This document shows positions 25,734-35,137 of a stretch of 55,453 bases of DNA, piece by piece; position 1 is the stretch's first letter, and each line of letters opens with the position of its first letter. Under the pieces are notes generated by a model. It did not search any database, was not told where the DNA came from, and was given only the letters and a program-made list of their open reading frames with translations. The DNA is taken from contig CAZRDO010000006.1 in the NCBI GenBank assembly GCA_964599225.1, positions 1 to 55,453 on the forward strand. Reading direction: 5' to 3'. Source of the DNA: an uncultured Candidatus Saccharibacteria bacterium. Its GTDB lineage: Bacteria > Patescibacteriota > Minisyncoccia > Phycocordibacterales > UBA9973. The position numbers were made by a program, and so were the translations under genes.

Positions 25734-26249
25734 ATGTCTTCTCGATCTTTTACAGCATCATTTCAAAATACGAGAAAGTCCTTGTTGGCCAAGGGAACTT
25801 TTTTGATTGAAGTCGTTATTGTGGTTTCCATTATCACACTGATGCTTCTTGCTACGATGCAAATTACTGCACTCTCAACACGTATTAGTCGTCGCGCACT
25901 TGCCGAAACACAGGTTGCGTTTCTTGCCGAAGAGGGCGCCGATGTCGTGCGTCTCGTCCGTGATGCTGGTTGGGGCGCATTTACAGCGCTTTCAACTTCA
26001 ACCCCGTACTATCTCGTCCACGGGACGGGTGGGTGGACGTTGACGACCAGTCCTACAATAATCGATTCAGTATTTACTCGCACAGTGGTCTTTGAGACAG
26101 TAAATCGTGATAGTAATGATGATATTGTGACCAGTGGAGGTACGATCGATAGTGGTACACGAAAAATTACAATTACTATTTCTTGGAATGATGGAGCAGA
26201 GACGGTGACAAAAACATTAGCATTCTATTTAACTGATATCATAAGTTAG
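25734..26249 (+). CDS. Prepilin-type minor pilin with a long leader
   Basis: ...LLAKG|TFLIEVVIVVSIITLMLL is a cleavage/methylation-type N-terminus. Confidence 0.65.
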   Translation: MSSRSFTASFQNTRKSLLAKGTFLIEVVIVVSIITLMLLATMQITALSTRISRRALAETQVAFLAEEGADVVRLVRDAGWGAFTALSTSTPYYLVHGTGGWTLTTSPTIIDSVFTRTVVFETVNRDSNDDIVTSGGTIDSGTRKITITISWNDGAETVTKTLAFYLTDIIS

Positions 26250-26252
26250 CGT

Positions 26253-26768
26253 ATGAAACGAACTCAAGGCGGTTACGCACTCTTGGAAATGCTCGTCTAT
26301 ATTGTAGTGCTTTCACTTGTCGCGAATGTGACGGTGAATGCACTTATTATTATGACTCGCTCATTTAATGAGAGTCGAGCAAACCGAGACCTCGCTTCTA
26401 GTGGCACTTCAGCAATGGAGCGTCTAGGACGAGAAATCAGATCAGGAGTGAGTATCGATGGGGCTGGCAGCACATTTATTACATCTCCAGGCGTACTTAA
26501 ACTCAATACACTGGATGAAAATAATATCGCGCACACTATTACCTTCACGGTTTCCGGTTCGCCAGCCCAACTTATGCTTACTCGTGACGGCACATCTGTG
26601 GGAGCGCTGACAACAGTGCATGTGGCAGTCCAGAGCTTTATTGTGAGACAGATGGCTGTGGGAACTGAGAGTGCAGTGAAAGTTGAACTGACACTTCAGG
26701 CGGTGCGTGCCAAAGGAGGCAAGAGTGCAAATTTTTATAACACAGTAATATTACGAGGAACATATTAA
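26253..26768 (+). CDS. Prepilin-type minor pilin
   Basis: MKRTQGG|YALLEMLVYIVVLSLV. Confidence 0.65.
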   Translation: MKRTQGGYALLEMLVYIVVLSLVANVTVNALIIMTRSFNESRANRDLASSGTSAMERLGREIRSGVSIDGAGSTFITSPGVLKLNTLDENNIAHTITFTVSGSPAQLMLTRDGTSVGALTTVHVAVQSFIVRQMAVGTESAVKVELTLQAVRAKGGKSANFYNTVILRGTY

Positions 26769-26844
26769 AGTAGACCAGATGAAAAACGAAAAGATTAAAA
26801 TTATATTTTTATATTCTCGATCATTTTGTGAGTATGGTAATTCA

Positions 26845-28611
26845 ATGCATGAATCACGAGGTCAGGCGCTACTTATTTTCTTAGTATTTTTCCTCTTCAC
26901 ATCGCTCGCACTCATTTTTGGTCTTGTAACTCCTTCAACCGGAGCGTTTCAAAGCGCACAGGAGACAGTACGTTCTCGCCAGAGCTATCTCTTAGCTGAA
27001 TCTGGTGTTGAAGATGTTGTCTATCGACTTCGAAATAATAAAAGTGTTTCGTCTTCAGAAACACTGACACTCAACACAACTTCTGCAACCACAACGCTCA
27101 CTGATCTTGGAAGTGGGCAAAAGCAAGTCGTCTCGCTTGGAAATGTTTCCGGACGACAGCGCACAGTAAAGGTCAAAGTGGTTACAGGAAGTGGTATTTC
27201 ATTTAACTATGGTATTCAAGCTGGACAAGGAGGACTTGATTTAGATGGTAGCTCAGGAATTGTGGGCAATGTCTACTCTATGGGCCCTATAACCGGATGT
27301 TCAACTTGCTATATTACTGGTTCAGCAATTTCAGCCAATAGTACAGCACTCTCTGCTGATCAGACAAACGGCACGAGTGGTACGCCACCGAACACGATTG
27401 TATTTGGAAACGCGTCAGGTACTCAAGACCTCGCGCAGAGTTTCAAGCTCACGGCTGAGAATCCAATAAATAAAGTACAATTCTATATCAAAAAAATCGG
27501 TGCACCTTCTGACGTAACGGTGCGTATTGCTACAGACAATAGTGGAAGTCCAAGTACGACATATCTTGCTTCCGGTACTCTTTCGGCATCTCTGGTTACT
27601 ACGTCTTATGGTTGGATTAATGTAGTCTTTACTACGAACCCAACACTTGAAGCGAATACTACGTACTGGCTTGTTCTTGACGCATCCACCTCGTCGACGA
27701 AATATTATACGATTGGTTCAAACACAATATACACGAATGGTGCTGCAAAGATCGGACAAGTTGGTGGCACATGGAACAGCACGACCCCTTCAGGACTTGA
27801 TGAATATTTCCAATTTTATTTAGGAGGGCTTACTGGTTCGATTAGTGGTGAAAGTCAGTGGAATCAACTTCCTATCGGTACTGTCTCAGGATTGGCTCAA
27901 GCTCATACGGTCAATTATGTAAATGTTTCTGGTGCACTTAATTGCCAGAGCGGCACAGGGAACAATAAAGCATGTAATAACACGCTTCCAGACCCTACCC
28001 CACAGCCACTTCCTATTTCTGAGGCGAATATTGTCGAGTGGCAGTCCGATGCGGCCGCAGGCGGTACCTATACCGGATCTTGTACTATAGGCGGGACAAC
28101 ACAGGTTTCAATAGGATCAAAGAAAATTGTTTGTAATACTTTTCAAATTACTAATTCAGCCGTCGTCACAGTAACAGGGCCATTATGGATTACAGGAAAC
28201 ATCATCATTGATGGTGCAGGTATACTTAAGCTTGCAAGCTCATATGGGGCTTCGAGTGAAGCAGTGATCGCTGATGGAAAGATCACAATTGGCGGAAGTT
28301 CTCCAGTTAATGGTTCAGGTACGACAGGGAGTTATATTCTCATGCTTTCAAATTCAGATTGTCCGACAACCTCAACCTGTGGTACTTCAAATGCGATTGA
28401 TATTTCAGGCTCCGCAGGTGCAGTAGTGCTCTATGCTGCAAATGGGACGATTAAGTTCTCGGGAAGCGCGAGTGCGAAGGAAGCAACGGGGTATAGAATC
28501 ACACTTCAAGGAACGACCAGTGTGGCTTATCAGAGTGGTTTGATCAATCCGAACTTTACGAGTGGCCCTTCGGGAACCTATGCCATTCAGTCTTGGCAGG
28601 AAACGCAATAA
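26845..28611 (+). CDS. Large (589 aa) pilin-like protein, candidate pilus tip or adhesin subunit
   Basis: MHESRG|QALLIFLVFFLFTSLALIFGL is PilX-like and lacks Glu5. A long S/T/G-rich beta-type region follows. ATG at 26845 preferred over 26779. Confidence 0.6.
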   Translation: MHESRGQALLIFLVFFLFTSLALIFGLVTPSTGAFQSAQETVRSRQSYLLAESGVEDVVYRLRNNKSVSSSETLTLNTTSATTTLTDLGSGQKQVVSLGNVSGRQRTVKVKVVTGSGISFNYGIQAGQGGLDLDGSSGIVGNVYSMGPITGCSTCYITGSAISANSTALSADQTNGTSGTPPNTIVFGNASGTQDLAQSFKLTAENPINKVQFYIKKIGAPSDVTVRIATDNSGSPSTTYLASGTLSASLVTTSYGWINVVFTTNPTLEANTTYWLVLDASTSSTKYYTIGSNTIYTNGAAKIGQVGGTWNSTTPSGLDEYFQFYLGGLTGSISGESQWNQLPIGTVSGLAQAHTVNYVNVSGALNCQSGTGNNKACNNTLPDPTPQPLPISEANIVEWQSDAAAGGTYTGSCTIGGTTQVSIGSKKIVCNTFQITNSAVVTVTGPLWITGNIIIDGAGILKLASSYGASSEAVIADGKITIGGSSPVNGSGTTGSYILMLSNSDCPTTSTCGTSNAIDISGSAGAVVLYAANGTIKFSGSASAKEATGYRITLQGTTSVAYQSGLINPNFTSGPSGTYAIQSWQETQ

Positions 28612-28650
28612 AAAGGTTTGAGTCTTATTTCATGGTAGAATGTTACCTAT

Positions 28651-29400
28651 ATGACTGACGTCCCAATCTTCGTACTCAACTGGAAAACTAATCCGAGTTC
28701 ACTCAAAGATGCAGAAAAACTATTTGCAAAGACCAAGGAGCTTACTAAGAAAACTAAAGCTATTTTCATCACCTGTGCGCCATTCCCGTATCTCTACCAA
28801 TTGAAAAAACTTGGTATTTCCAAAAAAATGTATCTCGGTGCGCAGAATGTAGCTACTATTCTCGATGGAGCAGAAACAGGCGGTGTTTCAGCGATCTCAC
28901 TTCATGAAGCAGGTGTGACTTCAGTGATTGTTGGCCATTCAGAAGCTCGAGCACTTGGTGAAAACAATATGATACTTAACCGCAAAGTTATCACTGCACT
29001 TAAGGGCGGACTGACACCAATTCTCTGTGTCGGAGAAAAGGAGCGAGATCATGGTGTCTGGTATCTTCATGAAGTTAAAAAACAACTTGAAGAATGCCTC
29101 GTTGGCGTCTCAAAGAAAGAACTTAAAAATATAATGATTGCATATGAGCCAGTCTGGGCGATTGGGGTTTCGGCCGTGCGCAATGCAACCGTTGAAGAAT
29201 CACAAGAAATGGCGATCTATATTAGAAAAGTCCTCTCTGATTTATTTGATGCGAAGACTGCCTCGGGGATCAGTATTCTCTATGGTGGGTCAGTAGATGG
29301 GACTAATGCTAAAAGTTTTCTTACCGATGGCGGTGTACAGGGATTACTTATTGGACGTGCAAGCCTTGATCCGAAAAAGATAGTAGCTATGGTTTCATAA
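28651..29400 (+). CDS. tpiA: Triosephosphate isomerase
   Basis: NWKTN, GHSEAR, YEPVWAIG and GGSV motifs. Confidence 0.9.
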   Translation: MTDVPIFVLNWKTNPSSLKDAEKLFAKTKELTKKTKAIFITCAPFPYLYQLKKLGISKKMYLGAQNVATILDGAETGGVSAISLHEAGVTSVIVGHSEARALGENNMILNRKVITALKGGLTPILCVGEKERDHGVWYLHEVKKQLEECLVGVSKKELKNIMIAYEPVWAIGVSAVRNATVEESQEMAIYIRKVLSDLFDAKTASGISILYGGSVDGTNAKSFLTDGGVQGLLIGRASLDPKKIVAMVS

Positions 29401-29412
29401 CCAATTATTTGT

Positions 29413-30546
29413 ATGAAATCAATTCGAAGTCTCAAAAATTTGAAAGGAAAGACCGTGCTTCTCCGCACTGATTTTAATGTGCCAATTAAAAATGGTAGGG
29501 TCGTTGATGATTTTCGAATTAAGAAATCTCTCCCTACAATACAACTGCTCAAAAAACTCGGTGCATCAATTGTCATCATTTCTCACTCTGATCTCAAAGA
29601 TAATACCGAGTCGCTTGCCCCAGCCGCTCGCGTACTCGCGAAGCACTTAAAGCTTCGCTTCATCAAAGAAACATTGCCAGATAGAATCAAGCTTGCACCT
29701 GGAGAAATCGTACTTCTTGAAAATCTCAGACGACATAAAGGTGAGATGAGTAATGGAATTGCATTTGCTAAGAAACTTGCCTCCTATGCCGACCTCTATG
29801 TAAATGATGCCTTTTCAGTTTCCCATCGCCCACACGCGTCATTTATCGGTGTGCCCAAATACCTCCCTTCATATATAGGACTTGAATTTGAGGAAGAAAT
29901 TACTCACCTCAGTACTATTTTTCAGCCAAAGCGTCCATTTTTTATTATCCTCTCGGGCGCTAAGTTCTCCACCAAGCTTCCGCTCCTGAAGAAATTCCTC
30001 TCGCTTGCAGACCATGTCTTTGTCGGTGGCGCGCTGCTCAATGACCTCTTGCTTGCTGCTGGATATGAAGTAGGAGTTTCACGAGTTGAGAATAATAAAA
30101 AGACCCAAACAGTTCTTAAAAAGTTATTTACGCATCCTAAGCTTATTCTACCTGAGGATCTACTTATAACACGGGCAGGACGCGCACAAAATGTAGCAAC
30201 AAACGAAGTCAGAAAAGGAGATCGAATTGTCGATGTCGGTACGCGTACCACAGAAACGCTCTGCGAGATTGGGAAAAGTTCAAAACTCGTGCTCTGGAAT
30301 GGACCCCTTGGTATTTATGAAGAAGGATTTGATAAAGGCTCACGAATTCTTATGCAGACCATGGCTTCTTCCAAGGCTTGTACCATTATTGGTGGGGGAG
30401 ACACGGTAGCACTAGTCACCAAAGCAAAGCTCGAGAAAAAGTTTGAGTTTGTCTCAATCGGTGGTGGTGCCACGCTAGAATTTTTGGCGCACGGTAGCTT
30501 GGTAGGGATTAAAGCATTGGAGTTTAAAAGTAAGAGAAATAAATAA
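29413..30546 (+). CDS. pgk: Phosphoglycerate kinase
   Basis: RTDFNVP, SHSD, NDAFSVSHR and GGGDT motifs. Confidence 0.9.
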   Translation: MKSIRSLKNLKGKTVLLRTDFNVPIKNGRVVDDFRIKKSLPTIQLLKKLGASIVIISHSDLKDNTESLAPAARVLAKHLKLRFIKETLPDRIKLAPGEIVLLENLRRHKGEMSNGIAFAKKLASYADLYVNDAFSVSHRPHASFIGVPKYLPSYIGLEFEEEITHLSTIFQPKRPFFIILSGAKFSTKLPLLKKFLSLADHVFVGGALLNDLLLAAGYEVGVSRVENNKKTQTVLKKLFTHPKLILPEDLLITRAGRAQNVATNEVRKGDRIVDVGTRTTETLCEIGKSSKLVLWNGPLGIYEEGFDKGSRILMQTMASSKACTIIGGGDTVALVTKAKLEKKFEFVSIGGGATLEFLAHGSLVGIKALEFKSKRNK

Positions 30547-30548
30547 TT

Positions 30549-30728
30549 ATGGAAAATGAACCTAGAGAAGAAGAGGATAAAGACCTAACTCATTTGAAAC
30601 GAGTAACCGCGCGTATTCGACGAGGAGGTAGGTTTATTCCTGAAATTCAAACAGCATTAAATGAACAAGAAGAAGGTGCCCAAGAAGTGAACGAAAACTT
30701 TCCCTCAAAAGGAAAAACAAAAAAGTAA
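30549..30728 (+). CDS. Possible small charged protein (59 aa), absent from the ORF track
   Basis: My own translation: MENEPREEEDKDLTHLKRVTARIRRGGRFIPEIQTALNEQEEGAQEVNENFPSKGKTKK*. It starts 2 nt after the pgk stop. Confidence 0.3.
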   Translation: MENEPREEEDKDLTHLKRVTARIRRGGRFIPEIQTALNEQEEGAQEVNENFPSKGKTKK

Positions 30729-30739
30729 ATAAATTAAGA

Positions 30740-31132
30740 TCAGAATTCGGCAGCAATTTTTGTTCGCATAACCTCGGCCTCACCCGCAGAATATTCTTTG
30801 GTTGGAAATCCGGGAAGCATATCATTGAAAAATCGTGGAATAAGATGAATATGAAAATGGGGCACATCTTTCCCAACAATTGAAACCTGTACATAATCAC
30901 AAGAGAGACTTTTCTTCATCGCTTGAATGAGGTTTTTTGTTTTTATCATCATAGAACTAAGTAGTACGTCTGGTACTTCCTGTATCCATGGGATGTGCAT
31001 TTTAGGGATCAGAAGAATATGTCCCGCTGCCACAGGATGAATATCGAGGAAGGCGAGCACCTCCTCGTCATCAAATACCTTGTGTGCCGGGATTTCACCA
31101 TGGATGATTTTACAAAAAATACAAGTATCCAT
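30740..31132 (-). CDS. HIT-family (histidine triad) protein
   Basis: CIFCKII...GHILLIPK...HFHIHLIP. Confidence 0.85.
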   Translation of the reverse strand: MDTCIFCKIIHGEIPAHKVFDDEEVLAFLDIHPVAAGHILLIPKMHIPWIQEVPDVLLSSMMIKTKNLIQAMKKSLSCDYVQVSIVGKDVPHFHIHLIPRFFNDMLPGFPTKEYSAGEAEVMRTKIAAEF

Positions 31133-31224
31133 TCATAAATTGTAGCATGTAAGAATACGAATGAGGAAAATAAAAAACCTCCCCTTATTCAAGGAAGGTT
31201 TTGCTTTTATGAACTCGGTTCAGT

Positions 31225-32832
31225 TTACTGAACCATGATTTTTGCTGTGCACATTTCGCCATCAGCCATAAAGGACTCAAGAAGATACGTGCCTGGAGAA
31301 AGATCATTTTTACTTAACGTAAGTGATCCCTCCTCGATAAATCCAGTTGCGACAGCTTTACCAGTCATGTCCATTAACACGAAGTGTGTTGGTAAGATTC
31401 CACTAAACTGTACTTTGGTGCAGCTAATCATAGGATTCGGGTAGACACTAACAGTGCCCGATCCATTATTAGCAGTGACAATTTCATCATTTGTTCCGAA
31501 CCCGTCTACCAGCTTCATAATCCAGATATCGCTTTCACCCTTGTTTTCAGGTATGTCGCCACCGACTTCTCCCGAGTGTCCTACAGCAATAAATGCACCA
31601 TATTCCCATGGTATTGGACTTATTGCAGTAATCCCATCATTACCTGGACCACCAAAAGTTTTTTTCCATAAAAGATTGGAAGAACTTTCTTCTGAAGTTT
31701 TTCTTATAATCCAGGCATCTGATCCGCCGTGGTTATTACTTACCTCTATGTCATTTGACCAGGTAAGTCCTGCTGCAATAAAATCGTTTGAGTCGCCACC
31801 TGCTTGGGACATTGTCGTGAGACTGTCATTCATTGTCCCTCCGTTTGAATATTGCCACCACAGACTTCCTTGATTGTCAGTTTGTGTAGTAAGAAAATCT
31901 CCTTCCCCCAAATTACCACCATATCCATCAGGTGAATGGCCTGTGCCTCCAAGCTGATATTTGCTGTTAACTTGTACAATAGCGTTGAAGCTTTCGTTTG
32001 CAGTACCTCCCCAACATGAGAGTATGCTTATCTCACCGTTTGAAGTGCTAACATCAACACTGAGACCATCATATCCTCCGTTGTTGTAGCTCCACTCTTC
32101 AATGTTGCCTGAAGAAGATTTTGTTTTACCTACAGCAGTATATTTTGTCGGATCTTCATTGGAAACCATAATTTTGGTGAAACAATCGTCATCTTCTCCT
32201 CCATAGGTCTTTGACCATATAATTTCAAGATTTTCATCCAAAACAAAAATCCAGCCATCCTGACTTCCATAACTTGGTGCATTTACATCACCATCAGTCG
32301 AAGTTGTGGCTCCTGCTATGACAATATAGGTGCCATTGAGTAGGACGCTATAGGCCACATCATCTCCACTTCCACCAAAACATTTTTTACTGACGATTCC
32401 TCCATTTAAGTCATTAAACACAACGAGCCAAACGTCTCTTCCTCCATGGTTTCCGTTCACCTGCCCATCTGTCGAGGCCGTTGGTCCAATAGCCAGATAA
32501 TTGTCACCATAAGGGATAACGGCCATGAATCCTTCGTTTGAAGTACCGCCATAATTTTTCTCCCATTCAATGATCATCTCAGGACTGAGTTTTACGACCC
32601 AGCCATCATTTCCTCCTTTGTTATTTGAAACATCACCATCTCCCGATGCTGATTGTCCGCCAATAATTACAGAGCCGTCAGAATTTAAAACAAAGTCAAA
32701 AGCCTGATCTTTATCGGATCCACCGATTGATTTTTGCTGTTGAATGTTTGGTTGTGCCATCACTGGCACAGAAAACAGTACTGCGAGGCAAGACATGCTT
32801 ACCGCGACAGCAATAAAGAACATTTTTTTCAT
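31225..32832 (-). CDS. Secreted beta-propeller-repeat protein with a T9SS-type C-terminal sorting domain
   Basis: Signal MKKMFFIAVAVSMSCLAVLFSVPVMAQ. Repeated units GG..D...DG...GxTxSxDGDV..N(H/K)GG.D.W have an SBBP-like pattern. C-terminus VSVYPNPM...FVLMDMTGKAV...GTYLLE...KIMVQ. Confidence 0.7.
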   Translation of the reverse strand: MKKMFFIAVAVSMSCLAVLFSVPVMAQPNIQQQKSIGGSDKDQAFDFVLNSDGSVIIGGQSASGDGDVSNNKGGNDGWVVKLSPEMIIEWEKNYGGTSNEGFMAVIPYGDNYLAIGPTASTDGQVNGNHGGRDVWLVVFNDLNGGIVSKKCFGGSGDDVAYSVLLNGTYIVIAGATTSTDGDVNAPSYGSQDGWIFVLDENLEIIWSKTYGGEDDDCFTKIMVSNEDPTKYTAVGKTKSSSGNIEEWSYNNGGYDGLSVDVSTSNGEISILSCWGGTANESFNAIVQVNSKYQLGGTGHSPDGYGGNLGEGDFLTTQTDNQGSLWWQYSNGGTMNDSLTTMSQAGGDSNDFIAAGLTWSNDIEVSNNHGGSDAWIIRKTSEESSSNLLWKKTFGGPGNDGITAISPIPWEYGAFIAVGHSGEVGGDIPENKGESDIWIMKLVDGFGTNDEIVTANNGSGTVSVYPNPMISCTKVQFSGILPTHFVLMDMTGKAVATGFIEEGSLTLSKNDLSPGTYLLESFMADGEMCTAKIMVQ

Positions 32833-32984
32833 TTCAAAAAACAGTTTTTTATGTGAATAGCTATTTCCGGCCTTTGGTCTACCCATCGTGCACGAAAACA
32901 GTCTGGTTGATTTATACATTAGTCTTACCATGAAGTCAAATACATCTATTTGACAAATAATTTGTATATGATAATACTCGGCTT

Positions 32985-34706
32985 ATGAAAATCACATTTT
33001 TTGGGGGCCTCCTGGCAACATTAGTACTCACATTAGTTTGTATTAGTCCAAATATTGCTTCGGCAGATGATGAAAGTCTTCTTCCTTGTACCATTACCTC
33101 ATTTAAAGCGGTGCCGGCTTCAATTACTTCTGGTGCATCCTCATCTCTCAAATGGGTTACACAGAACTGTATAACCAATTTGATAACTCAAGATTCTAAT
33201 CCTGTGATCTCATCAGCGCTTCCCTCCGGCTCAGTTTCTACCGGACTTCTTACTTCTACCAAAACCTATCTCCTCACCGCAGTTGGTGACACAAATAGTG
33301 CAACTGCGTATGCTACCGTCACTGTGGGCACAATCCCAGCATGTAGCATTACTACCTTTACTGCGAACCCTTCATCAATTCAATACAATACTACGTCTAC
33401 ACTTTCATGGACCACAAATAATTGTACATCTGTGTCTATTTCACCGACTATTGGTACTGTTCCGGTTAATGGTTCTGTGTCTACAGGCAATCTTACGCAA
33501 ACTACTATTTTCACACTCAATGCCGTTAGCGGTAGTAATGCTGCTATAGCGAGTAAGACTATTACGGTTATCCCGGCGCCACAGTGCACGATCACATTAT
33601 TTAATGCCACTCCACAAAATATCATTGCTGGGCAATCTACACTGCTTAATTGGAAGACGACGAATTGTAATACCGGATCAATCAATCAAGGCATCGGGTC
33701 AATCACATCAACTATTACTCAGGGTTCAGTATCAACTGGAGTACTTATGAGTACGAAAACATATAAATTGACCGCCGAAGGTATTGCCAATACTGCATCA
33801 GCGCAAACAACAGTCTCGGTTGCGCTTTCATGTGTACCAAATAGCTGGACTCAGAAAGCAGATTTCGGTGGCACAGCGCGTTATGATGCAATAACTTTTG
33901 TTATCAGTAGTAAGGGGTACCTAGGAACAGGTTCTGAAGGTTACAATGAATACCAGAAAGACTTCTGGGAATATGATCCAGTTACAAACACCTGGACGCA
34001 GAAGGCAGATTTTGCAGGCCTTGCGCGAGACAGTGCTGTAAGTTTTACTATCAATAATAAAGCATACGTAGGCACAGGAAATGGATTAAATGGAGTCTCC
34101 TACAAAGATTTCTGGGAATACAATCCTACCTCAAACACCTGGACTCAGAAAGCAGATTTCGGTGGCACAGCGCGTAGTGGTGCAGTGGGTTTCTCGATAA
34201 ACAATAAAGGATATGTAGGAACAGGAACTGGTGGTGCAGGTCAAAAAGATTTCTGGGAATACAATCCTACCTCAAACACCTGGACTCAGAAAGCAGATTT
34301 CGGTGGCACAGGAAGATACGAAGCGATTGGGTTTGCTATCGGCAGTAAGGGGTATCTAGGAACAGGATTTGGTGGTGGATTTAAAAAAGATTTCTGGGAA
34401 TACAATCCAACTTCAAACATCTGGACCCAGAAAGCCGACTTTGGGGGCACAGCACGCTATCATCCCGTTGCATTTACTTTAAATTCCAAAGGATACGTAG
34501 GAACTGGTCATGATGTGACCACTCCATACTTAAAAGACTTCTGGGAATACAATCCATCCACAAATGCCTGGACTCAAAAGGCAGATTTTGGGGGAACAGG
34601 ACGACACTTTGCAAAAGGTTTTGCAGTGAATGGAAAAGGATATATTGGAATTGGAGAAGATTCTAACTGGATCAATACTAAAGACTTCTGGGAATACTGC
34701 CCGTAA
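32985..34706 (+). CDS. Secreted protein: three Ig-like domains plus a six-blade Kelch-like beta-propeller
   Basis: Three copies of C-x-I-T-x-F-x-A-x-P...L-x-W-x-T-x-N-C. Six copies of WTQKADFGGTxR...KGY(L/V)GTG...KDFWEY(N/D)P. Confidence 0.75.
   Translation: MKITFFGGLLATLVLTLVCISPNIASADDESLLPCTITSFKAVPASITSGASSSLKWVTQNCITNLITQDSNPVISSALPSGSVSTGLLTSTKTYLLTAVGDTNSATAYATVTVGTIPACSITTFTANPSSIQYNTTSTLSWTTNNCTSVSISPTIGTVPVNGSVSTGNLTQTTIFTLNAVSGSNAAIASKTITVIPAPQCTITLFNATPQNIIAGQSTLLNWKTTNCNTGSINQGIGSITSTITQGSVSTGVLMSTKTYKLTAEGIANTASAQTTVSVALSCVPNSWTQKADFGGTARYDAITFVISSKGYLGTGSEGYNEYQKDFWEYDPVTNTWTQKADFAGLARDSAVSFTINNKAYVGTGNGLNGVSYKDFWEYNPTSNTWTQKADFGGTARSGAVGFSINNKGYVGTGTGGAGQKDFWEYNPTSNTWTQKADFGGTGRYEAIGFAIGSKGYLGTGFGGGFKKDFWEYNPTSNIWTQKADFGGTARYHPVAFTLNSKGYVGTGHDVTTPYLKDFWEYNPSTNAWTQKADFGGTGRHFAKGFAVNGKGYIGIGEDSNWINTKDFWEYCP
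34104..34320 (+). repeat. Near-identical 141-bp tandem duplication inside the Kelch-like gene
   Basis: aaagatttctgggaatacaatcctacctcaaacacctggactcagaaagcagatttcggtggcacag occurs at 34104 and again at 34245. Confidence 0.85.
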
Positions 34707-34716
34707 TTAATTTTTT

Positions 34717-35079
34717 ATGAACACCATACACAAAATAATTCTCATCATCATTTTTCTTGCAGTCATTGTCGGAGGAGCTTTGTATCTTGATTCAAATAAA
34801 AAGAATCCATCAGCTGGCGAAGCAAACCCGTATGCAGATTCTCTCGTTGAAGCTAAGCTCTATCAAAACGAGGACGAGACTTGGGGTTACGACATCATGA
34901 TCGATGGCAATATCTATGTCCATCAACCGACCAAGCCTGCGGTCGGTGGCAATACTGGCTTTGCAACTGAAGTCGAAGCGCAGAGTGTCGCCGATCTCGT
35001 GATTTCAAAAATCAAAAATAATATTTTACCTCCCTCAATCACCCCAAGTGAAGTCACTGAGCTAGAAGAAAAAGAATAG
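34717..35079 (+). CDS. Small membrane-anchored protein resembling DUF4907
   Basis: TM IILIIIFLAVIVGGALYL. The motif WGYDIMIDGNIYVHQPTKPAVGGNTGFATEVEAQSVADLVISKIKNN recalls DUF4907, a family I remember as often lying next to Kelch proteins in Bacteroidota. Confidence 0.55.
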   Translation: MNTIHKIILIIIFLAVIVGGALYLDSNKKNPSAGEANPYADSLVEAKLYQNEDETWGYDIMIDGNIYVHQPTKPAVGGNTGFATEVEAQSVADLVISKIKNNILPPSITPSEVTELEEKE

Positions 35080-35137
35080 ATATATAGTGTAAGTAAAATT
35101 CTCAACTCGATATTGAGGCATATGCTACAATCTCACA

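Noticed and set aside
34104-34600. Regularly spaced repeats as a possible CRISPR array
   Set aside because: The repeats are in-frame Kelch-blade coding units of 141 nt without spacer/repeat architecture. No cas genes are present anywhere in the window.
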